Positions 15,965-25,561 of a stretch of DNA of 54,443 bases are shown here, piece after piece. A program made the position numbers and the translations under genes. The notes under the pieces are model-generated. The model was not told where the DNA came from and did no database searches. It saw only the letters and a list, made by a program, of their open reading frames with translations. The stretch is taken from the NCBI GenBank assembly GCA_028288925.1, contig JAQGHG010000002.1:1-54443 (forward strand), in the 5' to 3' direction. How positions within the stretch are numbered: the stretch's first letter is position 1; every line of letters begins with the position of its first letter. Origin of the DNA: Patescibacteria group bacterium. Its GTDB lineage: Bacteria; Patescibacteriota; Saccharimonadia; UBA4664.

Positions 15965-18113
15965 ATTTAGTATTCAATATGACCAAGAACGATATACGGA
16001 GAGCCAAAATAATTTAGTTGATCAGGCCCTCGTTTTGGCCGTTACGGCCCACGATGGACAGTTGCGAGCGAGCGGTGAACCCTATGTGATCCATCCGATC
16101 GCGGTGGCCGAACAAGTGGCCAAATGGGGCCTGGATCACGAAGCGGTGATGGCGGCCCTGCTGCACGATGTGGTGGAAGACACTGATGTAACGGTGGTCG
16201 AATTGACCGAGCGCTTCGGACCAAAGGTAGCGGAGCTGGTGGACGGCGTGACGAAACTGCGGCTCTCGACGAGCCCGCGGCCGGCGGCGACGAGCCCGCG
16301 GCTCGAGACGAGCAACGAGAATTTGCGCAAATTACTCTTGGCGACCACCAAGGATTACCGCGTAATGCTGATCAAGCTGGCCGACCGGCTGCATAACATG
16401 CGTACGCTGGGATATTTGCCGGCGGAGAAGCGCGAGCAGATCGCGCGTGAGAGCTTGGCGATCTACGCGCCGCTGGCCGACCGGCTGGGCATGGGCCAGC
16501 TCAAGGGCGAGTTGGAGGATCTGGGGTTTCAGTATTCGCGGCCGGAGGAGTACGCCGAGCTGGAGAAACAGGTACGGGTGACGGCGCGGCGGGCCGAGCG
16601 GTATTTGGCGGTGCTCAAGCGGGCGGTTTCGGAACATTTGGCGGCCGGCGGGGTCGAGCTGGTGACCATCGAGGCGCGGCAGAAGCATCATTACAGCATT
16701 TATAAGAAGCTGGCCAAGGTAGAGGGGGATATCGAGAAGATTTACGATTTGATCGCGGTGCGGCTGATCGTGCCGGATGTGGCGGCGTGCTACCAGGCGC
16801 TGGGGATCTTGCACCAGCATTATAAGCCGCTGATCTACCGGATTAAGGATTACATCGCCGTGCCCAAGCCGAATGGCTACCAGAGCCTGCACACCACGGT
16901 GTTTGGTGAGAATGGGCGGATCACTGAGATTCAAATCCGGACGCCGCAAATGCATCAAGAGGCTGAATATGGCTTGGCGGCGCACTTCTTCTACGATCAG
17001 CAGAAGCTGGCGAAAGGCTACGCGGAAGGCAAGGTGAGCAAGCTGCCGGACAGTCTGAGGTGGGTGACCGAGCTGAGCGCTCTGCGAACCACCAACGGCG
17101 ACGGGCAGGAGTTTGTGGACGGGGCGAAGTTGGAACTTTTTGCCGGCCGGATCTTCGTGTTTTCGCCCAAGGGTGATTTGTATGATTTCCCAGAAGGGGC
17201 GACGCCCTTGGATTTTGCCTTTGGGGTGCACTCTGCGGTGGGTTTGCGGGCGCTGGGGGCGCGGGTGAACGGCCGCATGGTACCGCTCGACAGCCGGCTG
17301 GAGAACCGCGATGTGGTAGAGATCGTGACGCGGCGGGAGGCGGCGCCGAGCCGCGATTGGATGAGCTCGGTGGTGACGAGCCAGGCCAAGAGCAAGTTGC
17401 GGGCGTGGTTTCGGGCGGCCAGCCGCGAGACCAATATGGCGACCGGCCGGGCCTTGCTGGAAGGCGCCCTGGTGGCCTGGGAGGTACGGCGGCTGGAGGA
17501 CCTGCCCAAGCGGGTCGTGTCCGAGGCGGTGGACGCGCTGCATGTGCGCTCGCTCGATGATATTTTGGTGCAATTGGCAGAAGGAACCTTGAGTCTCACG
17601 CAGGTGATCCGGCGGTTGTTTCCGGACGCGGCCCGGCCGGCTAGCATCACGATAGTGAAGCGGACTGAGCCGACGGGCCGGATATTGGTGGAAGGCAGCC
17701 AGCTACCGTATACGCTGGCGCCGTGCTGCAACCCAGTGTTTCCGCAGCCGCTGCTCGGCTATGTGACGCGCGGCAAGGGCGTGACGGTGCACGCGCTGGG
17801 GTGTCGCAACCTGCCGACGGATGTCGAGCGGTACACGAGCTGCCGCTGGGAGACCACCGTGGAGACGCCGGAACGGCTGCGGTGCCAGGTGGAGGTGCGG
17901 GCGATCAACCGGATCGGTCTGATCTCGGACATTACCGGGCTGATCGCGGCGCAGCGGCTGCATATCGAGGGCCTGGCGACGCGCCAGCGCGAGGAGACGG
18001 ACCAGTCGGTGGTGGCGTTTGGTCTGGAGGTGCCGGATTTGTTTGTATTGGCGGGGGTGATTCGCCAGATAGAGCGGCTGCCGGGGGTGCTCGAGGTGAC
18101 GCGGGTCGATTAG
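15957..18113 (+). CDS. rel: bifunctional (p)ppGpp synthetase/hydrolase (RelA/SpoT homologue)
   Basis: 718 aa. HD hydrolase motif HPIAVA..LLHDVVEDT, synthetase block YIAVPKPNGYQSLHTTV, TGS block IFVFSPKGDLYDFPEGATPLDFAF, and a C-terminal ACT-like domain. Overlaps the recJ stop by 8 nt. Confidence 0.93.
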   Translation: MNKFSIQYDQERYTESQNNLVDQALVLAVTAHDGQLRASGEPYVIHPIAVAEQVAKWGLDHEAVMAALLHDVVEDTDVTVVELTERFGPKVAELVDGVTKLRLSTSPRPAATSPRLETSNENLRKLLLATTKDYRVMLIKLADRLHNMRTLGYLPAEKREQIARESLAIYAPLADRLGMGQLKGELEDLGFQYSRPEEYAELEKQVRVTARRAERYLAVLKRAVSEHLAAGGVELVTIEARQKHHYSIYKKLAKVEGDIEKIYDLIAVRLIVPDVAACYQALGILHQHYKPLIYRIKDYIAVPKPNGYQSLHTTVFGENGRITEIQIRTPQMHQEAEYGLAAHFFYDQQKLAKGYAEGKVSKLPDSLRWVTELSALRTTNGDGQEFVDGAKLELFAGRIFVFSPKGDLYDFPEGATPLDFAFGVHSAVGLRALGARVNGRMVPLDSRLENRDVVEIVTRREAAPSRDWMSSVVTSQAKSKLRAWFRAASRETNMATGRALLEGALVAWEVRRLEDLPKRVVSEAVDALHVRSLDDILVQLAEGTLSLTQVIRRLFPDAARPASITIVKRTEPTGRILVEGSQLPYTLAPCCNPVFPQPLLGYVTRGKGVTVHALGCRNLPTDVERYTSCRWETTVETPERLRCQVEVRAINRIGLISDITGLIAAQRLHIEGLATRQREETDQSVVAFGLEVPDLFVLAGVIRQIERLPGVLEVTRVD

Positions 18114-18173
18114 GCCGGTTGCTCATATCCCGGGCGCTATGCTACGCTTTCCGATGACAAAGGAGAGGCCTGA

Positions 18174-19451
18174 GTGGCAAAGCAACAATTTCAGAGCTTG
18201 CGCGGTATGTACGATCTGCTCCCAGAGCAGACGGCTCAATATGATTTTTTGATTAGTCAATTTCGCGGAGTCGCGGAAGCGTCGGGCTATGGCCGGATCG
18301 AGACGCCTATTATGGAAGACACCGCCTTGTTTGTGCGGGGCGTAGGGGCGGACACCGACGCGGTTTCCAAGGAGCTTTATTCGTTTAAGGACCGTTCGGA
18401 CCACGATGTGGCGTTGCGGCCGGAGTTTACGGCGGGAATCGTGCGGTCGTACATTGAGCACGGCATGGGTTCGCTGCCCCAGCCGGTCAAAGTGTACACG
18501 TATGGGCCGGCGTTCCGCTACGACCGGCCTCAGGCGGGGCGGCAGCGACAGTTTAATTCGCTCGATGTCGAGGTGTTTGGCGAGACGGCTCCCAGCATCG
18601 ACGCCCAGGTGATCATGATGGCGCAGCGCTTCTTTAAGCGCGTGCGGGTGGGCGAGGTGGTGCTGCAGCTCAATAGCATCGGCGACCAGGCTTGCCGGCC
18701 GAAGTACAAGAAGGCGTTGGTAGAGTATCTGGAGGCTAACTTTAAGAAATTGGCGCCGATCGACCAAGAGCGGGTCAAGACTAATCCTTTGCGGGTGCTG
18801 GATTCCAAGGAAGCGGGGACGCAGGCGGTATTGGCCGAAGCACCGCAGACGTTGAATTATTTGTGCGAAGAGTGCCAGGCGCATTTTGCCGGGGTATTGG
18901 AGTATTTGGATGATTTGGGCGTGGGCTATGAGCTCAATCCGTTATTGGTGCGGGGCTTGGATTATTACACTCGGACGGTGTTTGAATTTTATGGCCAGCG
19001 CGAAGGTGCTCAGAGCGCCTTGGGCGGCGGGGGCCGGTACGACTTGCTGGTGGAGCAGCTGGGCGGCCAATCGACGCCGGCCGTGGGCTTCGGCCTGGGT
19101 CTGGAGCGGATCGTTCTGGAACTAGAGGCTCAGGGGGCGTCGCGGGCTCCGGAGAAGGCCAAGCCGGTGTATGTGGCGGCACTTGGTGAGCCGGCGCGGC
19201 TGGCGGCCTTCCGGCTGATCGAGCAGCTGCTCGACGGCGGCGTGGCGGCCGTGGGTTCGGTGGACCGCGACGGCATCGGTTCGCAATTGGCACGCGCCAA
19301 CAAGCTGGGCGTGGGTCACGCCATTATCATTGGGCAAAAAGAGGTTCGCGAGGAGACGGTGCTACTGCGCGATATGACCTCGGGCGCCCAGGAGATCTTG
19401 CCGATCAATAGTATCGTGGCGGAGTTGCGGTCGCGGTTCGGCGTGAAGTAG
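18174..19451 (+). CDS. hisS: histidine--tRNA ligase
   Basis: 425 aa, GTG start after AAAGGAGAGG. Class II motifs: MYDLLPE, YGPAFRYDRPQAGRQRQF and GGGRYD. Confidence 0.93.
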   Translation: MAKQQFQSLRGMYDLLPEQTAQYDFLISQFRGVAEASGYGRIETPIMEDTALFVRGVGADTDAVSKELYSFKDRSDHDVALRPEFTAGIVRSYIEHGMGSLPQPVKVYTYGPAFRYDRPQAGRQRQFNSLDVEVFGETAPSIDAQVIMMAQRFFKRVRVGEVVLQLNSIGDQACRPKYKKALVEYLEANFKKLAPIDQERVKTNPLRVLDSKEAGTQAVLAEAPQTLNYLCEECQAHFAGVLEYLDDLGVGYELNPLLVRGLDYYTRTVFEFYGQREGAQSALGGGGRYDLLVEQLGGQSTPAVGFGLGLERIVLELEAQGASRAPEKAKPVYVAALGEPARLAAFRLIEQLLDGGVAAVGSVDRDGIGSQLARANKLGVGHAIIIGQKEVREETVLLRDMTSGAQEILPINSIVAELRSRFGVK

Positions 19452-19546
19452 CCGGTATTGTAAGAATTCAAGATTTACTTTTATTAGTTTTGTAGTATCT
19501 TGAGCATGTGTCCGGGCAAGACAGATATGTTGCTCTTGGGGTAGTT

Positions 19547-20020
19547 ATGAGCGATGGATGGGCGAATGACCTAGTTGATTTTCCGGCTCTGCCCAAATGG
19601 ATGGAATGGGCTGCTAGTGTGATTGCGAGTTCCGTTAAGAATGGGCTGGGAGGGGTAGAGATCTTTGCTCCCGATAGCCCAGAGTCTACCGAAGAAGCGG
19701 CTACGGTGCGCGTGCCCATCCGAGTGGTGGGGCGTACATCCGACGGCTATCCGCTCATCGTGGAAGGCGAGGTAGTTGGTTGGGTCGATGCCGCGGACAG
19801 GTTTAAGGGAGAGTTTGAAGCCGAGTTGCCGTGGGTAATTAAGCTTCCTTGTAAGCCGTCGTGGACCTGGGAGGTTGAAGCGGGGGCACAAAACGCGCCA
19901 GATTTCGCGGCGCTTGTCGCGGATTTTCTGGCTGTGTTGCTCGAGGGCGTGGAGACCTTGAACGGCCTGGTGCAATTGGAACAGCGGCTGACGATATTCT
20001 CGCTTAGCTCAAGCGGCTAG
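19547..20020 (+). CDS. hypothetical protein
   Basis: ORF 19508-20020; ATG 19547 (MSDGWANDLVDF..) is preferred over GTG 19508. No recognisable family. G+C is lower than in the flanks. Confidence 0.5.
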   Translation: MSDGWANDLVDFPALPKWMEWAASVIASSVKNGLGGVEIFAPDSPESTEEAATVRVPIRVVGRTSDGYPLIVEGEVVGWVDAADRFKGEFEAELPWVIKLPCKPSWTWEVEAGAQNAPDFAALVADFLAVLLEGVETLNGLVQLEQRLTIFSLSSSG

Positions 20021-20030
20021 GCGTCTGGAA

Positions 20031-20070
20031 GCCCCCCTGGTTCTAGCGGTGATGTTGGGGCCAGGGGGGT
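20031..20070 (+). terminator. GC-rich hairpin downstream of 19547-20020
   Basis: CCCCCCTGG (20032-20040) pairs with CCAGGGGGG (20061-20069), with a 20-nt loop. No clean T-tract follows. Confidence 0.35.
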
Positions 20071-20100
20071 GCAGCGGTGCTTTACTTTTGTGTTAGTATT

Positions 20101-20109
20101 TGGTATAAT
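20101..20109 (+). promoter_or_regulatory. extended -10 TGgTATAAT
   Basis: TGGTATAAT at 20101-20109, about 70 nt upstream of ATG 20178, which is preceded by a strong SD (AAAGGAG at 20164-20170). Confidence 0.45.
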
Positions 20110-20177
20110 ATTACTTACGCTTGGAGAAATCTCTGGGTTGCAAGGTTCGACACAATCGCTCTGAAAGGAGCGGAAAA

Positions 20178-20480
20178 ATGTCCACTGGTTTGTTGCATCT
20201 GGCGCGCATGCTGTCCGGAGAAAGCATCGAGAACGTCGAGTTTGACGTTCGAGCTATCGATGGCTCGTGGGATGACGAGGAGTACGTTCTGACGTACGAA
20301 GTGGAGATTATGACGGTTCGGGGCGAGATCATCATAGCTGGGCGTACCGCCTACGGCGGCGGGGGCCGGGCTCGACCCAAGTTTTCAATGCGTATTGAAG
20401 ATTTAGGTGGAGTAGCTGGGTCCATTGCAAAGAGCCCGGCAAAGGTGCAATATAGCTGGACTAGTTCGGGATCGGCGTGA
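20178..20480 (+). CDS. hypothetical 100-aa protein
   Basis: ATG 20178 sits 8 nt after AAAGGAG. Translation MSTGLLHLARMLSGESIENVEFDVRAIDGSWDDEEYVLTYEV... No family recognised. Confidence 0.55.
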   Translation: MSTGLLHLARMLSGESIENVEFDVRAIDGSWDDEEYVLTYEVEIMTVRGEIIIAGRTAYGGGGRARPKFSMRIEDLGGVAGSIAKSPAKVQYSWTSSGSA

Positions 20481-20494
20481 AGTAAGAGGATGGT

Positions 20495-21076
20495 ATGAAG
20501 ATAGGATTGGATTTTGGGGGCGTTATTACCGACGTTAGGGCTGTTCGGCTCAGGCTGATGAAGCAAATGCTGGGGGTTCGGGAGTCGGCCCATGTATTGG
20601 AACTCAGTTTAGATCCAAGACTCTCGCTGGATGAGTATCAGAAGCTGCAACATTTGGTATATGGGACTTCGGAGTTTTTGAATGTTTCCGCTGTGCCCAA
20701 TGCTCTGCGATCGCTCAAGCAGCTGAAGCAGCAAGGCCATACGGTGTGGCTTGTGAGCAACATGCAAGTGACAGGTGTGCAGTTTGCGAAGCAGTGGCTG
20801 ACGGATCATGAGATCGACAGTACGAGCTTCGTTAGCGTGGGTGTGGGCGGTGATAAAAAAATGGTGCTTCAGCATGAATTTGATCTGTATGTGGACGCGC
20901 GGTCGGAGGTGCTGGCTTCGTTGGTAGGAACGATACCGCATTTGTTTTTATTTGACACGGTGTATAACCGTGATGACAGGGTGGAAGTGCCGATTGTGCG
21001 AGCGGAGGGTTGGGGCGAGCTGATGAAGCGAATTGAGTATGCCGCATCCCTGAACGCGGCTTCCGCGACGGGATAA
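20495..21076 (+). CDS. HAD-superfamily-like protein with non-canonical motif I (paralogue 1)
   Basis: 193 aa. IGLDFGGVITD (DxG instead of DxD), VWLVSN (motif II-like), GGDKK (Lys) and YVDARS. Paralogous to 21081-21647. Confidence 0.6.
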   Translation: MKIGLDFGGVITDVRAVRLRLMKQMLGVRESAHVLELSLDPRLSLDEYQKLQHLVYGTSEFLNVSAVPNALRSLKQLKQQGHTVWLVSNMQVTGVQFAKQWLTDHEIDSTSFVSVGVGGDKKMVLQHEFDLYVDARSEVLASLVGTIPHLFLFDTVYNRDDRVEVPIVRAEGWGELMKRIEYAASLNAASATG

Positions 21077-21080
21077 AGAA

Positions 21081-21647
21081 ATGCGGATTGGTTGCGATTT
21101 TAGTGGTGTGGTGATTGACACGCAGGCGTCGAAGCTCGATGTGGCGCGGCGCTTCTTTGGCGTTGAGCTGGACGGGTCGGACTCCCAAAAGCTAGCCCAG
21201 GGGGCGTATTTGGGGTATGAGAAGTACAAGGAACTGCAGCATTTGGTGTTCGAAACCTCTGAGCTGCTATCGGCGCCGCCGATTCCCTCTGCGGGCGAAG
21301 GTATACGTTGGTTGCGGCAGCGGGGATGTGAGATTACGATTATTAGCAATATCGACCCTCGAGGAGTGCGTTTTGCGCAGCAGTGGTTGCGTCAGAACAT
21401 GATCGAAGGGTGTGAATTTGTGAGTATGGGGGTGGGGTATTCTAAGACGGTTTGGTTGCGGCATGGCTTCGACGCGTACGTGGACGATAAGCCGTCCACC
21501 TTGGCGGCCGTAGCTGAGATGACGCCGAATCGGTTTTTATTTACTCAACCATATAATGTGAGTGATGTGCTACCAGAAGGCGTAGTGCGGGCGACGGGGT
21601 GGCCCGAGCTGTGCGGCCAATTGGATGGTTTATTGCAAAGCGCCTAG
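21081..21647 (+). CDS. HAD-superfamily-like protein with non-canonical motif I (paralogue 2)
   Basis: 188 aa. IGCDFSGVVID (DxS), ITIISN, GYSK and YVDDKP. Shares the Y(Q/E)KLQHLV(Y/F).TSE block with the upstream paralogue. Confidence 0.6.
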   Translation: MRIGCDFSGVVIDTQASKLDVARRFFGVELDGSDSQKLAQGAYLGYEKYKELQHLVFETSELLSAPPIPSAGEGIRWLRQRGCEITIISNIDPRGVRFAQQWLRQNMIEGCEFVSMGVGYSKTVWLRHGFDAYVDDKPSTLAAVAEMTPNRFLFTQPYNVSDVLPEGVVRATGWPELCGQLDGLLQSA

Positions 21648-21659
21648 CGGAGGCGCAAA

Positions 21660-22445
21660 ATGAGGCCAACTAGCTGGGAGCTTGTGTGTATGTGGACTCT
21701 GGTAATTATGGCCGTGGTTGTATTGGCGCTGTTTGGGCTGCGAGTGGTACAGCAGTACGAGCAGGGGGTGGTGTTTCGTTTCGGGAAGCTGACGGGCGCG
21801 GTGCGCGGGCCGGGCTTGCAGCTGATTATTCCTTGGGTGGATGTGATGCGGAAGGTGAACATGCGCATCATCACCATGCCGATCCCGTCGCAGAAGGTGA
21901 TTACCAAGGATAATGTGTCGATCGATGTGGCGGCCGTGGCGTACTACCACGTGGTGGAGCCGACGAAGTCGATTGTGGCGATCGATAATGTGATGGTGGC
22001 GATTAACCAGATTTCGCAGACGACGGTGCGTAATATCGTGGGCCAGCACGCCCTGGACGAAGTGCTTTCGAGTACCGGTAAGATTAATGAGCTAGTAAAA
22101 GAGATTTTGCAGAGCACGATCGAGCAATGGGGCGTGGAGCTGACGCGCGTGGAGCTCAAGGATATCCAGCTGCCGGATAGCATGCAGCGGGCGATGGCGC
22201 GGCAGGCCGAGGCCGAACGCGAGAAGCGCGCCAAGATCATAGCGGCGGATGGCGAGTTCCAGAGCGCGGCCAAGCTGGGGGAGGCGGCCGACATCATAGA
22301 GGCGCATCCGGTGGCGCTGCAGCTACGGAATCTCCAAGTGCTTACCGAGATCGCGTCGGACAAAAACTCGACGATTGTGTTTCCAGCGCAGTTTATGGAC
22401 ACCGTGAAGAGCGTACAAGACTTCGTGGCTAAGGAGCGGAAGTAA
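21660..22445 (+). CDS. SPFH/Band-7 (stomatin/slipin-like) membrane protein
   Basis: 261 aa. N-terminal TM followed by [46 protein letters not shown] and an [14 protein letters not shown] coiled-coil tail. Confidence 0.88.
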   Translation: MRPTSWELVCMWTLVIMAVVVLALFGLRVVQQYEQGVVFRFGKLTGAVRGPGLQLIIPWVDVMRKVNMRIITMPIPSQKVITKDNVSIDVAAVAYYHVVEPTKSIVAIDNVMVAINQISQTTVRNIVGQHALDEVLSSTGKINELVKEILQSTIEQWGVELTRVELKDIQLPDSMQRAMARQAEAEREKRAKIIAADGEFQSAAKLGEAADIIEAHPVALQLRNLQVLTEIASDKNSTIVFPAQFMDTVKSVQDFVAKERK

Positions 22446-22451
22446 GTAGCC

Positions 22452-23174
22452 TTAGGAAGCTTGGTTCGTGGTGTTGGGCTCCAGGGCGAGGGGCGCGACG
22501 CGGAGGCCGAGGATGATGGCGAGGATGACGGCGAAACCGCACATGATCGAAGGGATGGCTTTGTGGGTGGCTGGCAACAGATAGTTGATGATAAAAGTGG
22601 GTAATGTGAAGGCGAGGTAGCCGGCGGCGATCCATTGGAGTGTGAGGCGCTGGTTGGGGGTGGCGCGCGCGAGCGGCCGCAACGCTAGCGTGAGGCCGAA
22701 GAGTACCAGGGCGATGTAGGAGAAGGTGTAAACGGTAGAGAGCGGTTCGGCGAGGCGAAAGATGACGTAATTGCCGCTGCATACGCCTTGGTTGAGGCCG
22801 GCCGGCAGGAGGGCAAAGGTCGCGGCAAAGAGGCCGGCGGCGGCGTAGCTGAACCGGATGAGAGTGGGGTGGTTTTCGCGCCGGATGCGACTGATAAGGT
22901 GGATGCCGAGAGGCGGCAGGAAGGTGATGAAGACGTAGCCGAGGCGCGACCAGGTGAGGCCGGGCATGGCGCTGCCGCAGACGTTGAACTCGGCGAGCTG
23001 GAAGGCGGCTAGACAGATGAGAATCGCGATGATGAGCTGGCGGACGTGGCTGATGGCGTAGCGCGAGATGATCCAGGCCGCTAGGCCTAGCTCGATGACC
23101 ATGGTGGCGATCATGACGGGAGGGGAGAAGCAGAGGAGGGTGGGGCGGCGGAATTGGCGGATGAGACTTTTCAT
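22452..23174 (-). CDS. hypothetical polytopic membrane protein
   Basis: 240 aa with about 7 hydrophobic helices. No family recognised. Confidence 0.6.
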   Translation of the reverse strand: MKSLIRQFRRPTLLCFSPPVMIATMVIELGLAAWIISRYAISHVRQLIIAILICLAAFQLAEFNVCGSAMPGLTWSRLGYVFITFLPPLGIHLISRIRRENHPTLIRFSYAAAGLFAATFALLPAGLNQGVCSGNYVIFRLAEPLSTVYTFSYIALVLFGLTLALRPLARATPNQRLTLQWIAAGYLAFTLPTFIINYLLPATHKAIPSIMCGFAVILAIILGLRVAPLALEPNTTNQAS

Positions 23175-23201
23175 TGAATAAGCATAACAGGTTTCATTGT
23201 T

Positions 23202-23810
23202 TTAGAGACCGAGACGGTGGGCGATGCCGGTGACCTTGGAGACGTAGCTCCAGGAGTGGTTGTAGTTGTAGAGCGCGTTGGAGTAGCGGGCTTTGTCGGC
23301 GCCGCCGGCGGCCAGGTAGCGGCCGGCGGTGAACATGGCGTCGTCGAGGTCAGTGATGGACGTGACGCCGTCGCCGTTGCCGTCGGCGGCGTAGTGGTTG
23401 AAGGTGGCGGGCATAAACTGCATGGGGCCGATGGCGCCGGCGTAGGAAGCGCGGCTGGTGGTGCCGCTCTGGCCGGTTTCGACGCTGTGGACGGCCGCTA
23501 GGAGCTGCCACGGGGTGCCGGTGCGGGCTTGCACGCTCAGGTATAGCGCGGCGTAGCCGGGCTTGAGGCCGGCGGCGGTGAGCTTGGCGGCGGCAGCAGC
23601 GGTGGGATCGGGAGCCGGCGCCGCGGCTTGGGCCGAGGCGGTATGGGGCGTGGCCGGCGCCGGCGTGGGGCCGGCGGCCTTGTCGGCATACGCCCAGCTA
23701 GGCGAGAAGGCGTCGCGGCGCTGCAGCGCGCTGTCGAAGAACTGCCAGATGTTGAGCGTGGCCGCCAGCAGCGAGCTGAGCAGAATAGTGGTTTTGAGGT
23801 TGAGCTTCAT
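23202..23810 (-). CDS. lytic murein transglycosylase (SLT_2/MltB-like)
   Basis: Start set at ATG 23810 (MKLNLKTTILLSSLLAATL.., signal or anchor). Catalytic-domain pattern GAIGPMQFMPATFNHYAADGNGDG..DLDDAMFTAGRYLAAGG. Confidence 0.8.
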   Translation of the reverse strand: MKLNLKTTILLSSLLAATLNIWQFFDSALQRRDAFSPSWAYADKAAGPTPAPATPHTASAQAAAPAPDPTAAAAAKLTAAGLKPGYAALYLSVQARTGTPWQLLAAVHSVETGQSGTTSRASYAGAIGPMQFMPATFNHYAADGNGDGVTSITDLDDAMFTAGRYLAAGGADKARYSNALYNYNHSWSYVSKVTGIAHRLGL

Positions 23811-23916
23811 GGGTAAATGTTGCCAGTTGACAATCGGGCATATTCTGCGCTGAATCTGGATTTGAGGCAAGCTCAAGCGGCTTAGCAAATGGGTTCTATC
23901 AGCTGTTTTCGCCGTA

Positions 23917-24270
23917 ATGAGGTATACTATGACGATGAAAGACGATTGTTTATTTTGCTCAATTGCGAATGGCGACGCCGAGAAATTGGTGTGGCAAAAC
24001 GACATAGCGGCGGCGTTTAAGGATATCCATCCTCAGGCGGCGGTGCACATTTTGGTGGTGCCGAAGCAGCATATTTTGAACTTGGACCATCTGGATGATC
24101 CAGAGCTGGCCGGCCAGCTGCTGTTGGCGGTACGCGAGGTGGCGCATGCCGTGGGCCTGAAGGGTGGTTGGCGGGTGCGGGTAAATAACGGTCGTTCGGC
24201 CGGCCAAGTAGTGGACCACTTGCACTTCCATGTGCTGGGTGGTCAAGAGCTGAAGCACGACGCGCATTAG
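23917..24270 (+). CDS. HIT-family (histidine triad) protein
   Basis: CLFCSIANGD N-terminus and the triad HLHFHVLGG. The real start is probably ATG 23935 (MKDDCLFC..), 6 nt after TATACT at 23923-23928, giving a leaderless layout. Confidence 0.88.
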   Translation: MRYTMTMKDDCLFCSIANGDAEKLVWQNDIAAAFKDIHPQAAVHILVVPKQHILNLDHLDDPELAGQLLLAVREVAHAVGLKGGWRVRVNNGRSAGQVVDHLHFHVLGGQELKHDAH

Positions 24271-24363
24271 GTCCTTGCTTGGCAGGGTAAAATCTGGTAA
24301 TCTAGGCAAAGTCTTTATTGAATGTAATGTCCGCAACGCTACCCGAAAGGAGGTGATACAACA

Positions 24364-24573
24364 ATGTTACAAGTTACTCGCAAAGACGACAAAGAGTCGT
24401 TAGAGAACATGATCCGGCGCTTCAACAAAAAAGTGCAGCAGTCCGGCGTGCTCGGTATAGCCCGGCGCAACAAGTACTTCGAGAAGCCGCTGACCAAGCG
24501 GGCTCAGCGCGAAATCGCCATCCGGAAGGCCGCGCGTAAGATCGCTAAAGCCAAAGCTTACCTGACCCGCTAA
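24364..24573 (+). CDS. rpsU: 30S ribosomal protein S21
   Basis: 69 aa. ..ESLENMIRRFNKKVQQSGVLGIARRNKYFEKPLTKRAQRE.. SD GAAAGGAGGTGA lies upstream. Confidence 0.93.
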   Translation: MLQVTRKDDKESLENMIRRFNKKVQQSGVLGIARRNKYFEKPLTKRAQREIAIRKAARKIAKAKAYLTR

Positions 24574-24591
24574 CGCCGGGGATAGCGAGAG

Positions 24592-24614
24592 AAAGGTCCC
24601 ACGGGGCCTTTTTT
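24592..24614 (+). terminator. rho-independent terminator after rpsU
   Basis: AAAGGTCC-CACG-GGGCCTTT (8 bp including one G-U pair) followed by a T-run at 24609-24614. Confidence 0.65.
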
Positions 24615-24685
24615 CTTGTGAGAAGGGGATTTCACCTTAGGGGGAAGAACAGTTACAATAACCGAAGAGAAATAGGAACTACAGA

Positions 24686-25132
24686 TTGGGTATTACCGAA
24701 CAATTGACCGAAGCGATGAAGACCAGCATGAAGGCCGGCGACGCTGAGCGTACTAGTGTGGTGCGGCTGCTGCGGGGCGCTTTGAAGAATGAAGAGATTA
24801 AGGTAGGGCACGTGTTGGAAGAGGCCGAGGCGCTGAAAGTCTTGCAGCGTGAGGCTAAGCAACGGCGGGACTCGATCGAGGCCTACCGGAGCGCCGGCCG
24901 GGATGATCTGGCCGATAAGGAAGAGGCTGAGCTGGTGGTGATAGCGGGCTATCTGCCCGAAGCAATGAGTGATGAAGAACTGGCCAAGGTAGTAGACGAA
25001 GTGATCGCCGAGACCGGCGCTACGGACGCCAAGCAGATGGGCGCGGTGATCGGCGGTGTGATGAAGCGCGTCGGCGCCCGGGCCGAGGGTGGCGCGGTGT
25101 CGCGCTTGGTGCGCGAGAAATTGGCGGGATAG
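24686..25132 (+). CDS. yqeY: GatB/YqeY domain protein
   Basis: 148 aa, TTG start. ..LTEAMKTSMKAGDAERTSVVRLLRGALKNEEI.. and ..QRRDSIEAYRSAGRDDLADKEEAEL..YLP. The rpsU-yqeY order is the one seen in Gram-positives. Confidence 0.85.
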   Translation: MGITEQLTEAMKTSMKAGDAERTSVVRLLRGALKNEEIKVGHVLEEAEALKVLQREAKQRRDSIEAYRSAGRDDLADKEEAELVVIAGYLPEAMSDEELAKVVDEVIAETGATDAKQMGAVIGGVMKRVGARAEGGAVSRLVREKLAG

Positions 25133-25135
25133 GGC

Positions 25136-25561
25136 ATGGCGCAGACAGAGCAACCCATAGCTGACGATCATGCCGCTAGGGTGCATCCTTATACTCAGCG
25201 CGGTTTTGGGTCGGGTCTAACGCACGCGGTGCACGGTGTGCTGCACGTGTTTAAGCATGAGCGTAACGCCCGGATTCATCTGTTGTTCGCGGTTTTGGCA
25301 TTTGTGCTAGGAGTGTTCTTGCGGGTATCGGATGTGGAGCTGGCAGCGGTGTTCTTCGCCGTGATTTTGGTGTTTTTGGCCGAGATCTTTAACACGGCGG
25401 TGGAGCGGACGCTGGACCTGATCGACGTCAAGGAGAACCCCCGTATTAAGCTCATCAAGGATATGTCGGCCGGAGCGGTGCTGGTGGCGGCTACGGCGGC
25501 TGTAATTATGGGAATTGCCATCTTCATGCCATTTATTGTGAGGTTACTATGGAAAACTTAA
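25136..25561 (+). CDS. dgkA: diacylglycerol/undecaprenol kinase family protein
   Basis: 141 aa, 3 TM. Prokaryotic DAGK pattern ..HERNARIH.. and EIFNTAVERTLDLI..KDMSAGAVLVA. Confidence 0.85.
   Translation: MAQTEQPIADDHAARVHPYTQRGFGSGLTHAVHGVLHVFKHERNARIHLLFAVLAFVLGVFLRVSDVELAAVFFAVILVFLAEIFNTAVERTLDLIDVKENPRIKLIKDMSAGAVLVAATAAVIMGIAIFMPFIVRLLWKT

Noticed and set aside
14738-18884. Long minus-strand ORFs (14738-15781, 16332-17573, 17018-17731, 18123-18884) opposite recJ, rel and hisS
   Set aside because: They are antisense shadows with Arg/His/Gln/Pro/Leu bias. The sense-strand genes carry full catalytic motif sets.
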